In this document: in pieces, positions 40,236 through 53,109 of the stretch | How the letters are laid out: every line of letters starts with the position of its first letter | Numbering within the stretch: position 1 is the first letter of the stretch | Assembly: GCA_951406725.2 (NCBI GenBank) | Contig: OX597839.1 | Coordinates: forward strand, 21,390,001-21,454,000 | Direction: 5' to 3' | Length of the DNA: 64,000 nucleotides | From: Octopus vulgaris | Lineage: Eukaryota | Translations under genes and position numbers: made by a program | The notes under the pieces: model-generated | The model's database searches: none | Seen by the model: the letters and a program-made list of their open reading frames with translations, nothing else | Told to the model about the DNA's origin: nothing

Positions 40236-42023
40236 AGAAGGAGAAGAAGAAGAAGAAGAAGAAATAAAGAAGAAGAAGAAGAAGAAGAAGAAGAAATAAA
40301 GAAGAAGAAGAAGAAGAAGAAGAAGAAGAAGAAGAAGAAGAAGAAGAAGAAGAAGAAGAAGAAGAAGAAGAAGAAGAAGAAGAAGAAGAAGAAGAAGAAG
40401 AAGAAGAAGAAGAAGAAGAAATGAAGAAGAAGAAGAAGAAGAAGAAGAAGAAAAAAAGAAGAAGAAGAAGAAGAAGAAGAAGAAGAAGAAATAAAGAAGA
40501 AGAAGAAGAAGAAGAAGAAGAAGAAGAAGAAGAAGAAGAAGAAGAAGAAGAAGAAGAAGAAGAAGAAGAAGAAGAAGAAGAAGAAGAAGGAAGAAGAAGA
40601 AGAAGAAGAAGAAGAAGAAGAAGAAGAAGAAGAAGAAGAAGAAGAAGAAGAAGAAGAAGAAGAAGAAGAAGAAGAAGAAGAAGAAGAAGAAGAAATGAAG
40701 AAGAAGAAGAAGAAGAAGAAGAAGAAGAAGAAGAAGAAGAAATGAAGAAGAAGAAATGAAGAAGAAGAAGGAGAAGAAGAAGAAGAAGAAGAAGAAGAAG
40801 AAGAAGAAGAAGGAGGAGAGGAAGAGGAAGAAGAAGAAGAAGAAGAAGAAGAAGAAGAAGAAGAAGAAGAAGAAGAAGAAGAAGAAGAAGAAGAAGAAGA
40901 AGAAGAAGAAGAAGAAGAAGAAGAAGAAGAAGAAATGAAGAAGAAGGAGAAGAAAAAGATTGGGAGGCACACCGAATAAAATGTGAAACCACTTCAGATG
41001 ATCGTGGAAACGAACTTTTGGACGTAGCTGAGGTCTACCTCCACTCTCGAACTCGTTGAAGAGGACCATCTTTAGGGAGCTGGTTGCCTGGCAACGGAAT
41101 CACATGGCCAACACAGCGGAGAGGACAACGAAGGATGCTGGCGTCAACACTGTAGATATCAGCCCTCAAGTGGGTTTCAGTAGTGGAGGGGTGGGGGCAA
41201 CGTGTCCTTTCGCGAAAGGCCGAAAATGGCCGCTGAATAATGACTGAAACAAGTAAAAAGTAAGAGAAATGATGCACAAAACACACGCACCCACAGACAC
41301 GCCGACGTACACACACATACACGCGCACGCGCGCATACATAAACAGCCTTCTACACAAATACGAAACCCAATGACGTAAAAAGCCTAAGAAGAAGAAGAA
41401 GAAGAAGAAGAAATGAAGAAGAAGAAGAAGAAGAAGAAGAAGAAGAAATGAAGAAGAAGAAGAAGAAGAAGAAGAAGAAGAAGAAGAAGAAGAAGAAGAA
41501 GAAATGAAGAAGAAGAAGGAGAAGAAAAAGAAGAAGAAGAAGAAATGAAGAAGAAGAAGGAGAAGAAAAAGAAGAAGAAGAAGAAGAAGGAGAAGGAGAA
41601 GAAATGAAGAAGAAGAAGAAGAAGAAGAAGAAGAAGAAGAAGAAATGAAGAAATGAAGAAGAAGAAATGAAGAAGAAGAAGAAGAAGAAGAAGAAATGAA
41701 GAAGAACGAGAAGAAGAAGAAGGAGGAGAGGAAGAGGAAGAAGGAGAAGAAGAAGAAGAAGAAGAAGAAGAAGAAGAAGGAGAAGAAGAAATGAAGAAGA
41801 AGAAGAAGAAGAAGAAGAAATGAAGAAGAACGAGAAGAAGAAGAAGAAGAAGAAGAAGAAGAAGAAGAAGAAGAAGAAATGAAGAAGAAGAAATGAAGAA
41901 GAAGAAATGAAGAAGAAGAAGGAGAAGAAGAAGAAGAAGAAGAAGAAGAAGAAGAAGAGAAGAAAAAGAAGAAGAAGAAGAAGAAGAAGAAGAAGAAGAA
42001 GAAGAAGAAGAAGAAGAAGAAGA
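40236..42023. repeat. Two long (GAA)n tracts (40236-40958 and 41387-42023)
   Basis: Direct reading. Confidence 0.97.
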
Positions 42024-42024
42024 A

Positions 42025-42252
42025 TGTAGGGGGAAAGGTAACATTGTTGATGAAAGGTCGATTAAAGGGCAGTGATTTTGGCAAATACCGACCCATTGCT
42101 TGTTTTAACCTCTTATAGAAAGTGTTCACAGGCATCCTCACAGAGAAAATAGAAACGTTCCGTGCGGAAAACAATCTACTTCCAGTAGAACAAAAGGGAT
42201 GCCGAAAAGGATCCAAGAGCACCAAGGGTCGCCTTGTGGTAGACAAGATTTT
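42025..42252 (+). pseudogene. R4/Dong-clade RT N-terminal fragment abutting (GAA)n
   Basis: KYRPIACFNLL*KVFTGIL...NNLLPVEQKGCRKGSKSTKGRLVVDKI. Confidence 0.8.
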
Positions 42253-42840
42253 AGCATAGAGAACTTTTGCTATAGTTGCCACATAGTGAGGACTAACCAA
42301 GCACTGTGTTCACGTGACAAACACTTATATGCGACGGCCATATTGCATCTCGTCTCTGTGTGATTGATCTGGTCTTGGATTTTGACATTTACCAAAAATG
42401 CTTTTCGAAAACTGAATAGTTCAGGAAAAAAAGTTTTTATTAACCAATCAAAATTGTTCTTGTGAATCTGATAGGGAGCCGTTGTGTAACAGAGACAAAT
42501 TTTACAAGAAAACAACAAACGAAGGGATGGCCTCCCTTTGCAAATTCTCCAAGGACACAGATATTGTGTCTAAAGCCAGCTAGAGACGAAGATCTCTTGG
42601 GGCTATAAAGCTACAGTAACACCCCCTCCCCAATGTGGTTAGCCATGATAAGATGGCTTCTATACTTCTAAAATGTTATTCCAATAATTGAAAGCAATAA
42701 GCTCAATCCCGGCGTTCCACGTTCAAGACCTGTCATTTCTTTATCACCATTGGGACTTCGAGCTTACCTTTTTTCCTTTCATTGTCAAACTCTTTCCTTT
42801 ACTTTCCTGTCTACCGTCCTTCTTTCTCATTTACCTCTCT

Positions 42841-43243
42841 CTCTTTTCTCTCTTTTACTCTTTTACTTGTTTCAGTCATTTGACTGCGGCCATGCTGGAG
42901 CACCGCCTTTAATCGAGCAACTCGACCACGGGACTCATTCTTTGTAAGCCCAGTACTTATTCTATCGGTCTTTTTTGCCGAACCGCTAGGTGACGGGGAC
43001 GCAAACACGCCAGCATCGGTTGTCAAGTAATGCTAGGGGGACAAACACAAACACACACATATATATATATATACATATATACGACGGGCTTCTTTCAGTT
43101 TCCGTCTACCAAATCCACTCACAAGGCTTTGGTCGGCCCAAGGCTATAGCAGAAGAGACTTGCCCAAGATGCCACGCAGTGGGACTGAACCCAGGACCAT
43201 GTGGTTGGTTAGCAAGCTACTTACCACAAAGCCACTCCTGCGC
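42841..43243 (-). mobile_element. SINE family B
   Basis: Full-length copy. Confidence 0.92.
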
Positions 43244-43275
43244 CTGCCTCATTCTTTTAAAAATATTTCAACAAA

Positions 43276-43369
<94 letters not shown>

Positions 43370-43695
43370 TGTTAATGTGTGTTTGTGATTGCGTGTACAC
43401 TTAATAAGTATTTTCACCGGTGTGTATATATGTGACCAGTTGTATAGATGTGTGTCATATACAGATATATACATATACACACATACGCGTGCACACGTTT
43501 TAATGTGTATGTTTGTGTGTTTATATGTATGTATATAAATATCTGTATATACATTGTACGCTTGTGTGTACATGTAATCATACATGCGTACTTACATGAC
43601 TGAATATATACGTATACACATACACACACACACACACACATATATTGTATGTATATATATATGCATATATATGCATATATGTGTATGTATATATT

Positions 43696-43740
<45 letters not shown>

Positions 43741-43780
43741 GTATATGTATATATGCATGTAATGTATGTGTATGTATATC

Positions 43781-43852
<72 letters not shown>

Positions 43853-44489
43853 TGTATATATAAATTTATCTTCAACTAACGAACTTGTTTCCAATTATCC
43901 CCACATGCCATTCCTCTCCTAAACCCAAAAAGAAGGAATTCAAAAAGGTTCCCTAAAAAAGCCATCACCGCTCTAAGTTAGTTATGGCGCCTGACATGGA
44001 AAAATGGCCGATAATTTCCTTTCCTTTACATCATCTCTCTCTCTCGAACGAACGAACGGCGTCTCTGTTAATCAGAGACATGCGTCACCAGAAACTCTGT
44101 CAAACAAACAAACAAACAAAACCCATTTCGTGTTCTTTTGGTTGTTGTTCTTCTTTTGATGATTTGTGATTATCGTTATTACAGTTTTTATTTTTATTTT
44201 GTTTCTTTTTTTGCGCAGGCGCATTTAGTTTCTCTAACGGAAATATATGTGAATGATGTCCTCGGGTACACAGAACGGAATAGGATAGCTAGATACCTAG
44301 GTATGTAAAATGTATTTGTACAGATAGAATATATCACTCCATTTTATCAACCAGTTTATCTCGTTTTATACATACATACATACCTACATACATACATACA
44401 TACATGCATACATACATACATGCATACATACATGCATACATACATACATACATACATACATACATACATACATACATACATACATACAT

Positions 44490-44903
44490 ACTCTCTCTCT
44501 CTCTTTTTTACTTGTTTCAGTCATTTGACTGCGGCCATGCTGGAGCACCGCCTTTAGTCGAGCAAATCGACCCCGGGACTTATTCTTTGTAAGCCCAGTA
44601 CTTATTCTATCAGTCTCTTTTGCCGAACCGCTAAGTTACGGGGACATAAACACACCAGCATCGGTTGTCAAGCAATGCTAGGGGGACAAACACAGACACA
44701 CAAACACACACAAACACACACATATATATATATATATACATGACAGGCTTCTTTCAGTTTCTGTCTACCAAATCCTCTCACAAGGCATTGGTCGGCCCGG
44801 GGCTATAGCAGAAGACACTTGCCCAAGATGCCACGCAGTGGGACTGAACCCGGAACCATGTGGTTGGTTAGCAAGCTACTTACCACACAGCCACTCCTGC
44901 ACC
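44490..44903 (-). mobile_element. SINE family B inserted in (TACA)n
   Basis: Full-length copy. Confidence 0.92.
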
Positions 44904-44932
44904 TACATACATACATACATACATACATACAT

Positions 44933-45660
44933 TATGGCTTCCCCCTCGTTATCGAGTATGGCCATTGCACGAAGCTTAACTGTTACTGGTGATGTGATCG
45001 AATGTGACTTTTTAGCCCAGCTAAAGACCTACAATGTCTTGTACAAAATTGGCAACTAAAACCTTTACTGGTAATAGCCGGCTGTAGTTGTAACTAGGCT
45101 TCATGTACCTTTGCATGTCGTTTAAGTCCTCCTGCCGAATTACACTCTCTTCCACATGCCCGACAGATATGATTAGTATGGTGTGTTACACCACCACCAG
45201 TGGCCGGGTTGTCACTCATCTGTCTCGTTTTATGACTACGAAGATGACTCATGAGTCCAGCTTTACTGAGGCAGGGTCTTGCACAGACATTGCATGTCAG
45301 AATCAAAGGAAGACCCTTCCCTTCTGGAAGTGTAACAGCGATGCCCTTCCTGACATCCCTCCTTACTTTCTCATGTGCAACTCGAGATTTCTCAAACGTG
45401 GCTGTCCCCTCGTGCACAATCCTTCTCCACCTGCTACGATCAATAGCTATGCCTTCCCATGTGTCAGGAGAGATGCAAGCCTCTCTTAAGGAAGCCTTCA
45501 GCAAGTCCTTATAACTCTTTTGGGGTTTATGTGGAGGTCGTTCTCCTTTAGCTAACTCTCCATAAAAGAGTTGTTTTGGCATCCTCGAATCCTACATTAT
45601 GACCAGATGACCACTCCATCTGAGCCTTTGCTTTAACACAAGAGCTTCTATACTTTCAAT
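44933..45660 (-). mobile_element. 5'-truncated RTE LINE with two C-terminal C2H2-like fingers
   Basis: SIEALVLKQRLRWSGHL, MPKQLFYGEL, CNVCARPCLSKAGLMSHLRSH and CRACGRECNSAGGLKRHAKVH; (TACA)n on both sides. Confidence 0.88.
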
Positions 45661-46346
45661 GTACATACATACATACATGCATGCATACATACATACATAC
45701 ATACATACATACATACATACATACATACATACATACATGCATGCATGCATACATACATACATACATACATACATACATGCATGCATACATACAAACATAC
45801 ATACATACATGCATACATACATGCGTACATACATACATGCATATATACATACATACGTACATACATACATACATACACACACACATACATACATACATGC
45901 ATACATACATGCGTACATACATACATGCATGCATATATACATACATACGTACATACATACATACATACATACATACATACATACACACATACATACATAC
46001 ATGCATACATACATGCGTACATACATACATACATGCATATATACATACATACGTACATACATACATACATACACACATACATACATACATGCATACATAC
46101 ATACATACATAAATACGTTTGTATGTAAGCGTGTGTGTTTGTGTTTGTGTGTGTAACATAAAGAGTGAGAGAGGGGTGATAAGCAGTGTTTCTTGCTTCC
46201 TAGCTAACCACGGGGTTTCTCTGTTTTCGGCAAAAATGAAGTTTGCCTCGTACCGGCATTCCACGCCACCCATCTCGGCAGAAATCATTTCCTCATTTTC
46301 TTGACTACGGACAAAATAAGATTTTAACTACACACGCATACACACA

Positions 46347-46403
<57 letters not shown>

Positions 46404-46603
46404 GCACACACACATATATAATGTATGTATGCATACTGCTTACAAACTTATCCATACATCGTATGTACACTGGTGTCGTCGTCCACTTCGGACTATGTAA
46501 CCTTATGTATTTCCTTCAGCATAGAACTGAGGGACTTGCTGAAATGGCAAAAAGTTACTGAACGTAGACAGATTTACGAAAACAAAAACCTGTGCTTTTA
46601 TGC

Positions 46604-46985
46604 AGCTGTGTGGTAAGTAGCTTGCTAAACAACCACATGGTTCCGGGTTCAGTCCCACTGCGTGGCATCTTGGGCAAGTGTCTTCTGCTATAGCCCCGGG
46701 CCGACCAATGCCTTGTGAGTGGATTTGGTAGACGGAAACTGATAGAAGCCTGTCGTATAAATGTATATATATATGTATGTGTGTGTGTTTGTGTGTCTGT
46801 GTTTGTCCCCCTAGCATTGCTTGACAACCGATGCTGGTGTGTTTACGTCCCCGTCACTTAGCGGTTCGGCAAAAGAGACCGATAGAATAAGTACTGGGCT
46901 TACAAAGAATAAGTCCCGGGGTCGATTTACTCCAGCATGGCCGCAGTCAAATGACTGAAACAAGTAAAAGAGAAAAAAAGAGTAA
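46604..46985 (+). mobile_element. SINE family B with a small internal deletion
   Basis: Lacks GCTCGACTAAAGGCGGTG at ~46929. Confidence 0.9.
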
Positions 46986-47084
46986 AGTATCCCAGTTTTT
47001 ACGAGGTTAAATTGTATGAAAGAAAAAAAAAACAACTGAAAGTTTCATGTTTTACCTGGGTTAATTCTTTTTATCGAAGATAAA

Positions 47085-47536
47085 CTGCTAAAAATGAAGC
47101 GACAATGAGTGATAAGGGGGCTTTTGAGGCTCTTGACCGATTACTTCAAGATCTGAGGCGCAACTCAAGGCTTATAATGGTCGGCCTAACAGTACTCGTC
47201 GCAGACGACTTTCGGCAAACACTCCCAGTCATTCCAAAGGGAACGAGAGCAGAAGAGGTAAATGCGGGCATCGGATCTTCATACCATTGGAGGAGCAAGG
47301 TTAGAAAGTTGAAGCTCACAACAAACATGAGAGTGCAGTTTGGTGGTGATGCACACATGGAGAACTTCTGCAGGCAATTAATGGATATTGGAAATAGTGC
47401 GGTAATTGTTGAGCAGAAGGGGAAGATTAGTTTACCCTTTGGCAATTTGGTGTCAAATATACGCGAACTGTTGGCGAGAGTTTTCCCCGGTCTAAACACA
47501 CAATTCACAGAACATTGTCGCCTGAGAATACAGTAA
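47085..47536 (+). pseudogene. Helitron Pif1-like helicase fragment
   Basis: MSDKGAFEALDRLLQDLR, DFRQTLPVIPKGTRA and LKLTTNMRV motifs. Confidence 0.9.
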
Positions 47537-47741
47537 ATGCTATATTTCGTGTAAGACGAAATACACACACACACACACACACACACACACTGATTTCTCA
47601 TGTATTTTACGTACGTCTTTAATACATGTGTCCCCCTATCTCTGTTCAAGCGCCGGATTACTAAATGACCCCAACTCCGCGGGTATTGGATAAAGTTGCT
47701 GGACGACCCCTGAAGTAGTCTCGGTGTCGGCCGTTGTATTC

Positions 47742-48058
47742 CAAGTGGCGAAGTGGTTAGAGTATTTGGCTCTCAATCGTATGGTCATGAGTTCGATTCC
47801 CGGCAGTACGTTGTGTCCTCGAGGAAGACACTTTATTTCACGTTGCCCCAGTCCACTTGGCTGGCAAAAATGAGTAGTACCAGTAATTCAAAGGGGCCAG
47901 CTTTGTCACATTCTGTGTCATGCTGAATCTCCCCGAGAATTACGTTAAGGGTACGTGTGTCAGTGGAGTACTCAGCCACTTGCACGTTCATTTCACGAGC
48001 AGGCTATTCTATGGTCGAATCAACTGGGACCCTCATCGTCGTAACCGACGGAGTGCCA
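47742..48058 (+). mobile_element. SINE family C
   Basis: TGGCGAAGTGG and GAGTTCGATTCCC boxes; tail CGTCGTAACCGACGGAGTGCCA. Confidence 0.88.
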
Positions 48059-48670
48059 CTCTAGTCTGTTGTATTCCAAAAAACCTCAACACATTATTTT
48101 ATTGCCATCACCCAGTTGCTGTGATAAAAAAAAAAAAACAATTCCCCACAAATGGTTTCAATAGTTTTAACAGAAAGATTTGTAAGAATTGGATGAAAGT
48201 CCTCTGGTAATTTTCTTTCATGGAAATATATTAATATAAATCATTGTTTGATTTCACTTTTTCAATATCAGTGTCAATGGACACTGGAAAAAGTATATGT
48301 ATTTGTGAAGGGAGCTGACTTCTTGTCGACAACCATGATTGTCACACGCTGATGATAGGTAAACACCTTGAAACTCGGGTACGTGTGTATCATGAGTTGA
48401 AGACGGGGAGGATGACTCCCCTTCACAAATACTGAGAGGACACAGATAGTGTGTCTATAGCCAGCTGGAGGAGATATCTTCCTGGGGCTACAAACTACAG
48501 TAGCATCCACTCTTATGGGTTAGCCATATTCAAATGGCAAATATGCGTCACGATGTGTTCCCGCTACTGTTTATAACTCGCTCTGAGATTTATCATTATT
48601 AATATAAAAATTTGCCAGCAAAATCTTATAAAATGACAATGTTCTAGAAGATGTACATGTTTATGTTATA

Positions 48671-49141
48671 CAGTGTCAGGCAAAATGATCTGACACATTT
48701 GTAGGTTAAATAAAAGGCAAATGAAGTAAAGAAACATTTTGTTTCATTATGTTTAAAAAATTAAATCAGCCAAATGGGATCCATTATTGTCCACACACTG
48801 TCGGCAGGTCATTTCATGCGATTTTTTTCTCTGGGGATACCTCAAGTCAAAGGTATACATTAATCGCCCTCGATCTATTGAACAACTTAAAGATGCAATT
48901 CGTCAAGAAATTACTGCCATTCCACATGAAATGACCCGCCGAGTTATGGACAACTTTCGTGAACGCTTTCGACAGTGTGTGTACAATAATGGATCCCATT
49001 TGACTGATTTAATTTTTAAAACATAATGAAACAAAATGGCATTATATGTACTTTTCAAAAATATAATCACTTTTTTGTTTCTTTACTTCATTTGCCTTTC
49101 ATTTAACCTACAAATGTGTCAGATCATTTTGCCTGACCCTG
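48671..49141 (+). mobile_element. Non-autonomous Tc1/mariner element (rosa/DD41D- or maT-like C-terminus)
   Basis: TIRs CAG(T/G)GTCAGGCAAAATGATCTGACACATTTGTAGG, TA flanks, and CDFFLWGYLKSKVY..CVYNNGSHL. Confidence 0.9.
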
Positions 49142-49560
49142 TATATGAAAATTAAAATTTATATACCACGTTAGATGTTGAAGTGCTTATTTCCTTATTT
49201 CTATGTTTGAACCTGATTGTGTGAAAACACAGGCGATATTGACTCCTGGATCGTCGTCGCTCTTCGTGTTCAGGTCGGCTCTTCTTATCAGAGCTGGCCT
49301 AAATCCTCTACAATCACTCGTGATCGTTGTGGTGAAGAAGAGTAGAAGAAAGAGAAGGAGGAGGTGGAGGAGGAAGCAGGTGGAGCGAGAAGTTGATGAC
49401 AATAGCAGCAAGTATCGTCGCTCAACAATTAGACTGACCTTGTGACCCTGTGTAACATTGTAAACCTAGGACAATATCACCGTCAGATATTCCCACAGCC
49501 ATTGTTGATTACTGCTGCGGATTCTTGATTTCATTGCTATTCACCTCTGTCTCTGTGTGT

Positions 49561-49641
<81 letters not shown>

Positions 49642-49648
49642 GTTTTAA

Positions 49649-50056
49649 TCTCTCTATATATAAACGGCAGTTTGTCTGTCTGTGTGTCTGTGTGTCTGTC
49701 AGGTTGTACCCTCACCCTGACCACGGCTTTCAACCGATTCTGATGAAACTTGACACACACATAGCCAAATGTCATAATTCAAAACTAACGCAGCGAAAAT
49801 TTTGAAAAGTTCCCCCAGTTCTGAAATAAATCGATAAATTCGACATGGGGTCGAAAATCTAAGCTTTTTATATGCAACACATTTTCTGTCGGGAGACAGC
49901 TAGGAACATCGTATACATAGAAGTATTCGAGTGAAGAGAAGACATTGCAACCTACACATGCGCCTTCGTTCCCTAGAGGGAAAGAACTAGATTGGGATTA
50001 GTCGTTGCCTACTAGGGGCTCTTACATACCCGGGCAACGCCGGGCTATGCTGCTAG
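49649..50056 (+). mobile_element. Non-autonomous Helitron, variant 3' half
   Basis: A|TC start; 5' ~205 bp shared with 17580; ends CCCGGGCAACGCCGGGCTATGCTGCTAG|T. Confidence 0.9.
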
Positions 50057-50069
50057 TTATAAATAAATA

Positions 50070-50478
50070 GGCGCAGGAGTGGCTGTGTGGTAAGTAGCTT
50101 GCTAACCAGCCACATGGTTCTGGGTTCAGTTTCACTGCGTGGAACCTTAGGCAAGTGTCTTCTGCTATAGCCTTGGGCCGACCAAAGCCTTGTGAGTGGA
50201 TTTGGTAGACGGAAACTGAAAGAAGCCTGTCGGATATATGTATATATATATATGTATGTGTGTGTGTGTGTGTCTGTGTTTGTCCCCCTAGCATTGCCTG
50301 ACAACCGATGCTGGTGTCCCCGTCCCTTAGCGGTTCGGCAAAAAGACACCGATAGAATAAGTACTGGGCTTACAAAAGAATAAGTCCCGGGGTCGAGTTG
50401 CTCGATTAAAGGCGGTGCTCCAGCATGGCCGCAGTCAAATGACTGAAACAAGTAAAAGAGTAAAAAGAGTAAGAGTAA
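50070..50478 (+). mobile_element. SINE family B
   Basis: Full-length copy. Confidence 0.92.
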
Positions 50479-50607
50479 ACAACAAACTGAACAATGAACT
50501 GAGTACGTGAATTAGAATTAAAATATCTTTGTTACAAACTGGTAGTGACTTCGAAGCTTCACCAACACACACACACTCATACATATATATCTACATATTT
50601 TTTCTTT

Positions 50608-52412
50608 AATTTATCTAGTTTCAGCTCACGAGCTGTGGCCATGCTGGGGCATCGGCATTTGGTATTGCTACATAATTTTACTTCACGAATGCTTTTTAGG
50701 AATTGAGATTTGGTGCATGAGATAGTTCGATGCAGCTGCCCTCATCTGCACCTCCTGCCGCGAAGTTGGTTCATCTTGGACACCTGACAGGAAGAGGTCC
50801 AGCTTTATTTTGAAGACACCTACATCCACCCCATGCAGGTCTCTCAGGTCCTTCGGGAGGATATTGAAGAGCTGTGGACCTCTGAAGCCCAGGCTATCAC
50901 AGTATCTTGTCCTACATCTTGAAGGCAAATTTGGAGTCCTTGGCACTATGCAGTGGCGCCCAGTTCTAGTATTTGTGTAAGTCTCGATGCCAAAGTTTGG
51001 GACAAGTCCTTCCAGGATCTTTCAGATGTATATTATGGCATATCTTTCTCGCCTGCGCTCTAAGGAATAGAGTCGTAATCTCTTGAGTCTTTCCCAGTAG
51101 CTTATATGCTACACAGAGGCTATCTTCTTCGTGTAGCTTCGTTGGATCGCCTCAAGTTCTGTGATCAACTTGACACTGGATGGTGACCATAGCTGAGAGC
51201 AATAGTCAAAGTGGCTTAGGACAAGTGTCCTCCAGTGGGCCATCATGGTTTCCTGGTCTCTTGTTCTAAAACTCTAAGAATCCATCCGGTCAGCCGCCTA
51301 CATTTCATTGCCAATTTAGCAACATGCACATGGAAGAATGCATCATTACTCATGTAAATGCCCAGGTCTCGCACTGATTGTGTCTCTGGGATTGCAATCC
51401 CTCCAGGTCCAGTGTATTTATTGGGTATTGCATTTAGTTTTGCATGCTGATAGCATAAAGCCTGAAACTTTTCAGCATTGAACTGCATGCTATTCTTTTC
51501 AGCCCACTTGTATATTTCGTCCAGCTCACATTGCCGATGCATAATGTCTTCAGGGTTCTGTATTACCTGTGAGACTTTTGTATCATCTGCATAACTTGTG
51601 ATCGGGGCTCTCTGTGTGGCTGAGGGCATGTCTGAGAGGGTCATTATGAACAGCAGTGGTCCCAAAACAGTGCCTTGCGGAACACCGCTCATTATTTGCG
51701 TGTCATTGGAGGTGGCCCCATTGGCTACTACTACCGGACTTCTATCCTTCATGAAAGTCATAAAGCTATTCTCCCAATTTTCCAACTATGCCAAGATCAC
51801 GCAGTTTGTGACATATCATTCCATGATCGACTTTATCAAAGGCCTTTGCAAAGTCGAGATATATCACTTCCACATTTGAGTGGTTGAGCAGTCGTTTCAG
51901 CACCCAGTCATAGTGTTGTAGGAGCTGCGTTAGGCAGCTTCTTCCTGGTCGGAAACCATGTTGGGTGTCAGGCAGCAAGTCATTTTCTTCAAGGAAGGCG
52001 ATTAATTTCTTTCTGACTATTCGTTCCATGACCTTGCTGATGTGTGAGGTCAGAGAGATAGGTCTGTAGGTCTTGGCTCCGCTCTGCTACCTCCTTTATG
52101 AATAGGGCATATTTTACCCTCCTTCAGTTTTCTTGAAGTTTGCCAGTTGCAAGGAAGCTCTGAAAGAGGAACTGCAGTGGTCTTGCTAGGACTCTCTTAC
52201 ATACTTTTAGGAGGATTGCAGGGAGGATTGCAGCTGAGTTTGGGTTCAATTTTTCTATAGCCCTTATTCCATCGTCTTTCTTTTATATGGATGTAATCGA
52301 TCATCATTGTCTCTGTTTTTATATCTGCAGTGGTAAAGAAGTCAGTTGGATTGTTGAATTGCAAGTGTCCCAGAGGTGGAATGAAAATGCTTTTGAATTG
52401 CTCAATTAGTAT
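50608..52412 (-). mobile_element. 5'-truncated CR1-like LINE (RT domain, frameshifted)
   Basis: QHGFRPGRSC, YLDFAKAFDKVDH, SGVPQGTVLGPLLF and YADD motifs; 3' UTR at ~50610-50680. Confidence 0.92.
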
Positions 52413-52835
52413 TTCACTTATTTTATATTTATATATACATACATACATGCATACATACATACATACATACATACATGCATACATACATACACACACACAC
52501 ACATATATATTATATATACACACACTTCAAATATAAATACATACGCACACTGGACACACACACACCTATATATATATATATATATATATATACATACAGA
52601 CGCACGCACTAACATATACATATATTTTTTTAATTTTTTTTATCACACACACATACACACACGCACACGTATATACACATTATTCTTCCCATTCATCGCT
52701 TCCTTTTTCGCTCTTTTGTCTTTAAAAACCAGCATCGGTTATCCAAAACTTCCGGCCTTTCATCATGTTTACTTCGTAAAAACCAGTCGCGTTTTTTTCT
52801 CTGTTCGCCCATCTTTCTTTCTTCCTTCTCTTATG

Positions 52836-52869
52836 TTTCCGACGAAGAGCTCCGCTCGAAACGTCATAC
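52836..52869 (+). ncRNA. Degenerate hammerhead-like motif
   Basis: GTTT-CCGACGA-A-GAGC TCC GCTC-GAAA-CG-TC-ATAC; core U-to-C change and a weak helix I. Confidence 0.4.
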
Positions 52870-52918
52870 CCTCCTTCTTCCCTCTTTCCTGAGCGCCTAA
52901 TAATATACTTTAAATTAA

Positions 52919-52968
<50 letters not shown>

Positions 52969-53109
52969 ATCATATATATGCTTATATTTATAAAATATAT
53001 ACATTATTTATATATACATATATATTTATATATATAAATATATATTTTTGTTTCGTGACGTCCTGTGCACCCCCATATATATATATGTATATATAATTAT
53101 ATATATATA

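Noticed and set aside
38584-42300. Long Leu/Ser/Phe ORFs
   Set aside because: Translations of (CT)n, (TATC)n and (GAA)n tracts.
47105-47536. Host PIF1 helicase exon
   Set aside because: The motifs are Helitron-type and degenerate (GDF changed to DDF), the fragment is isolated, and no other exons are evident.
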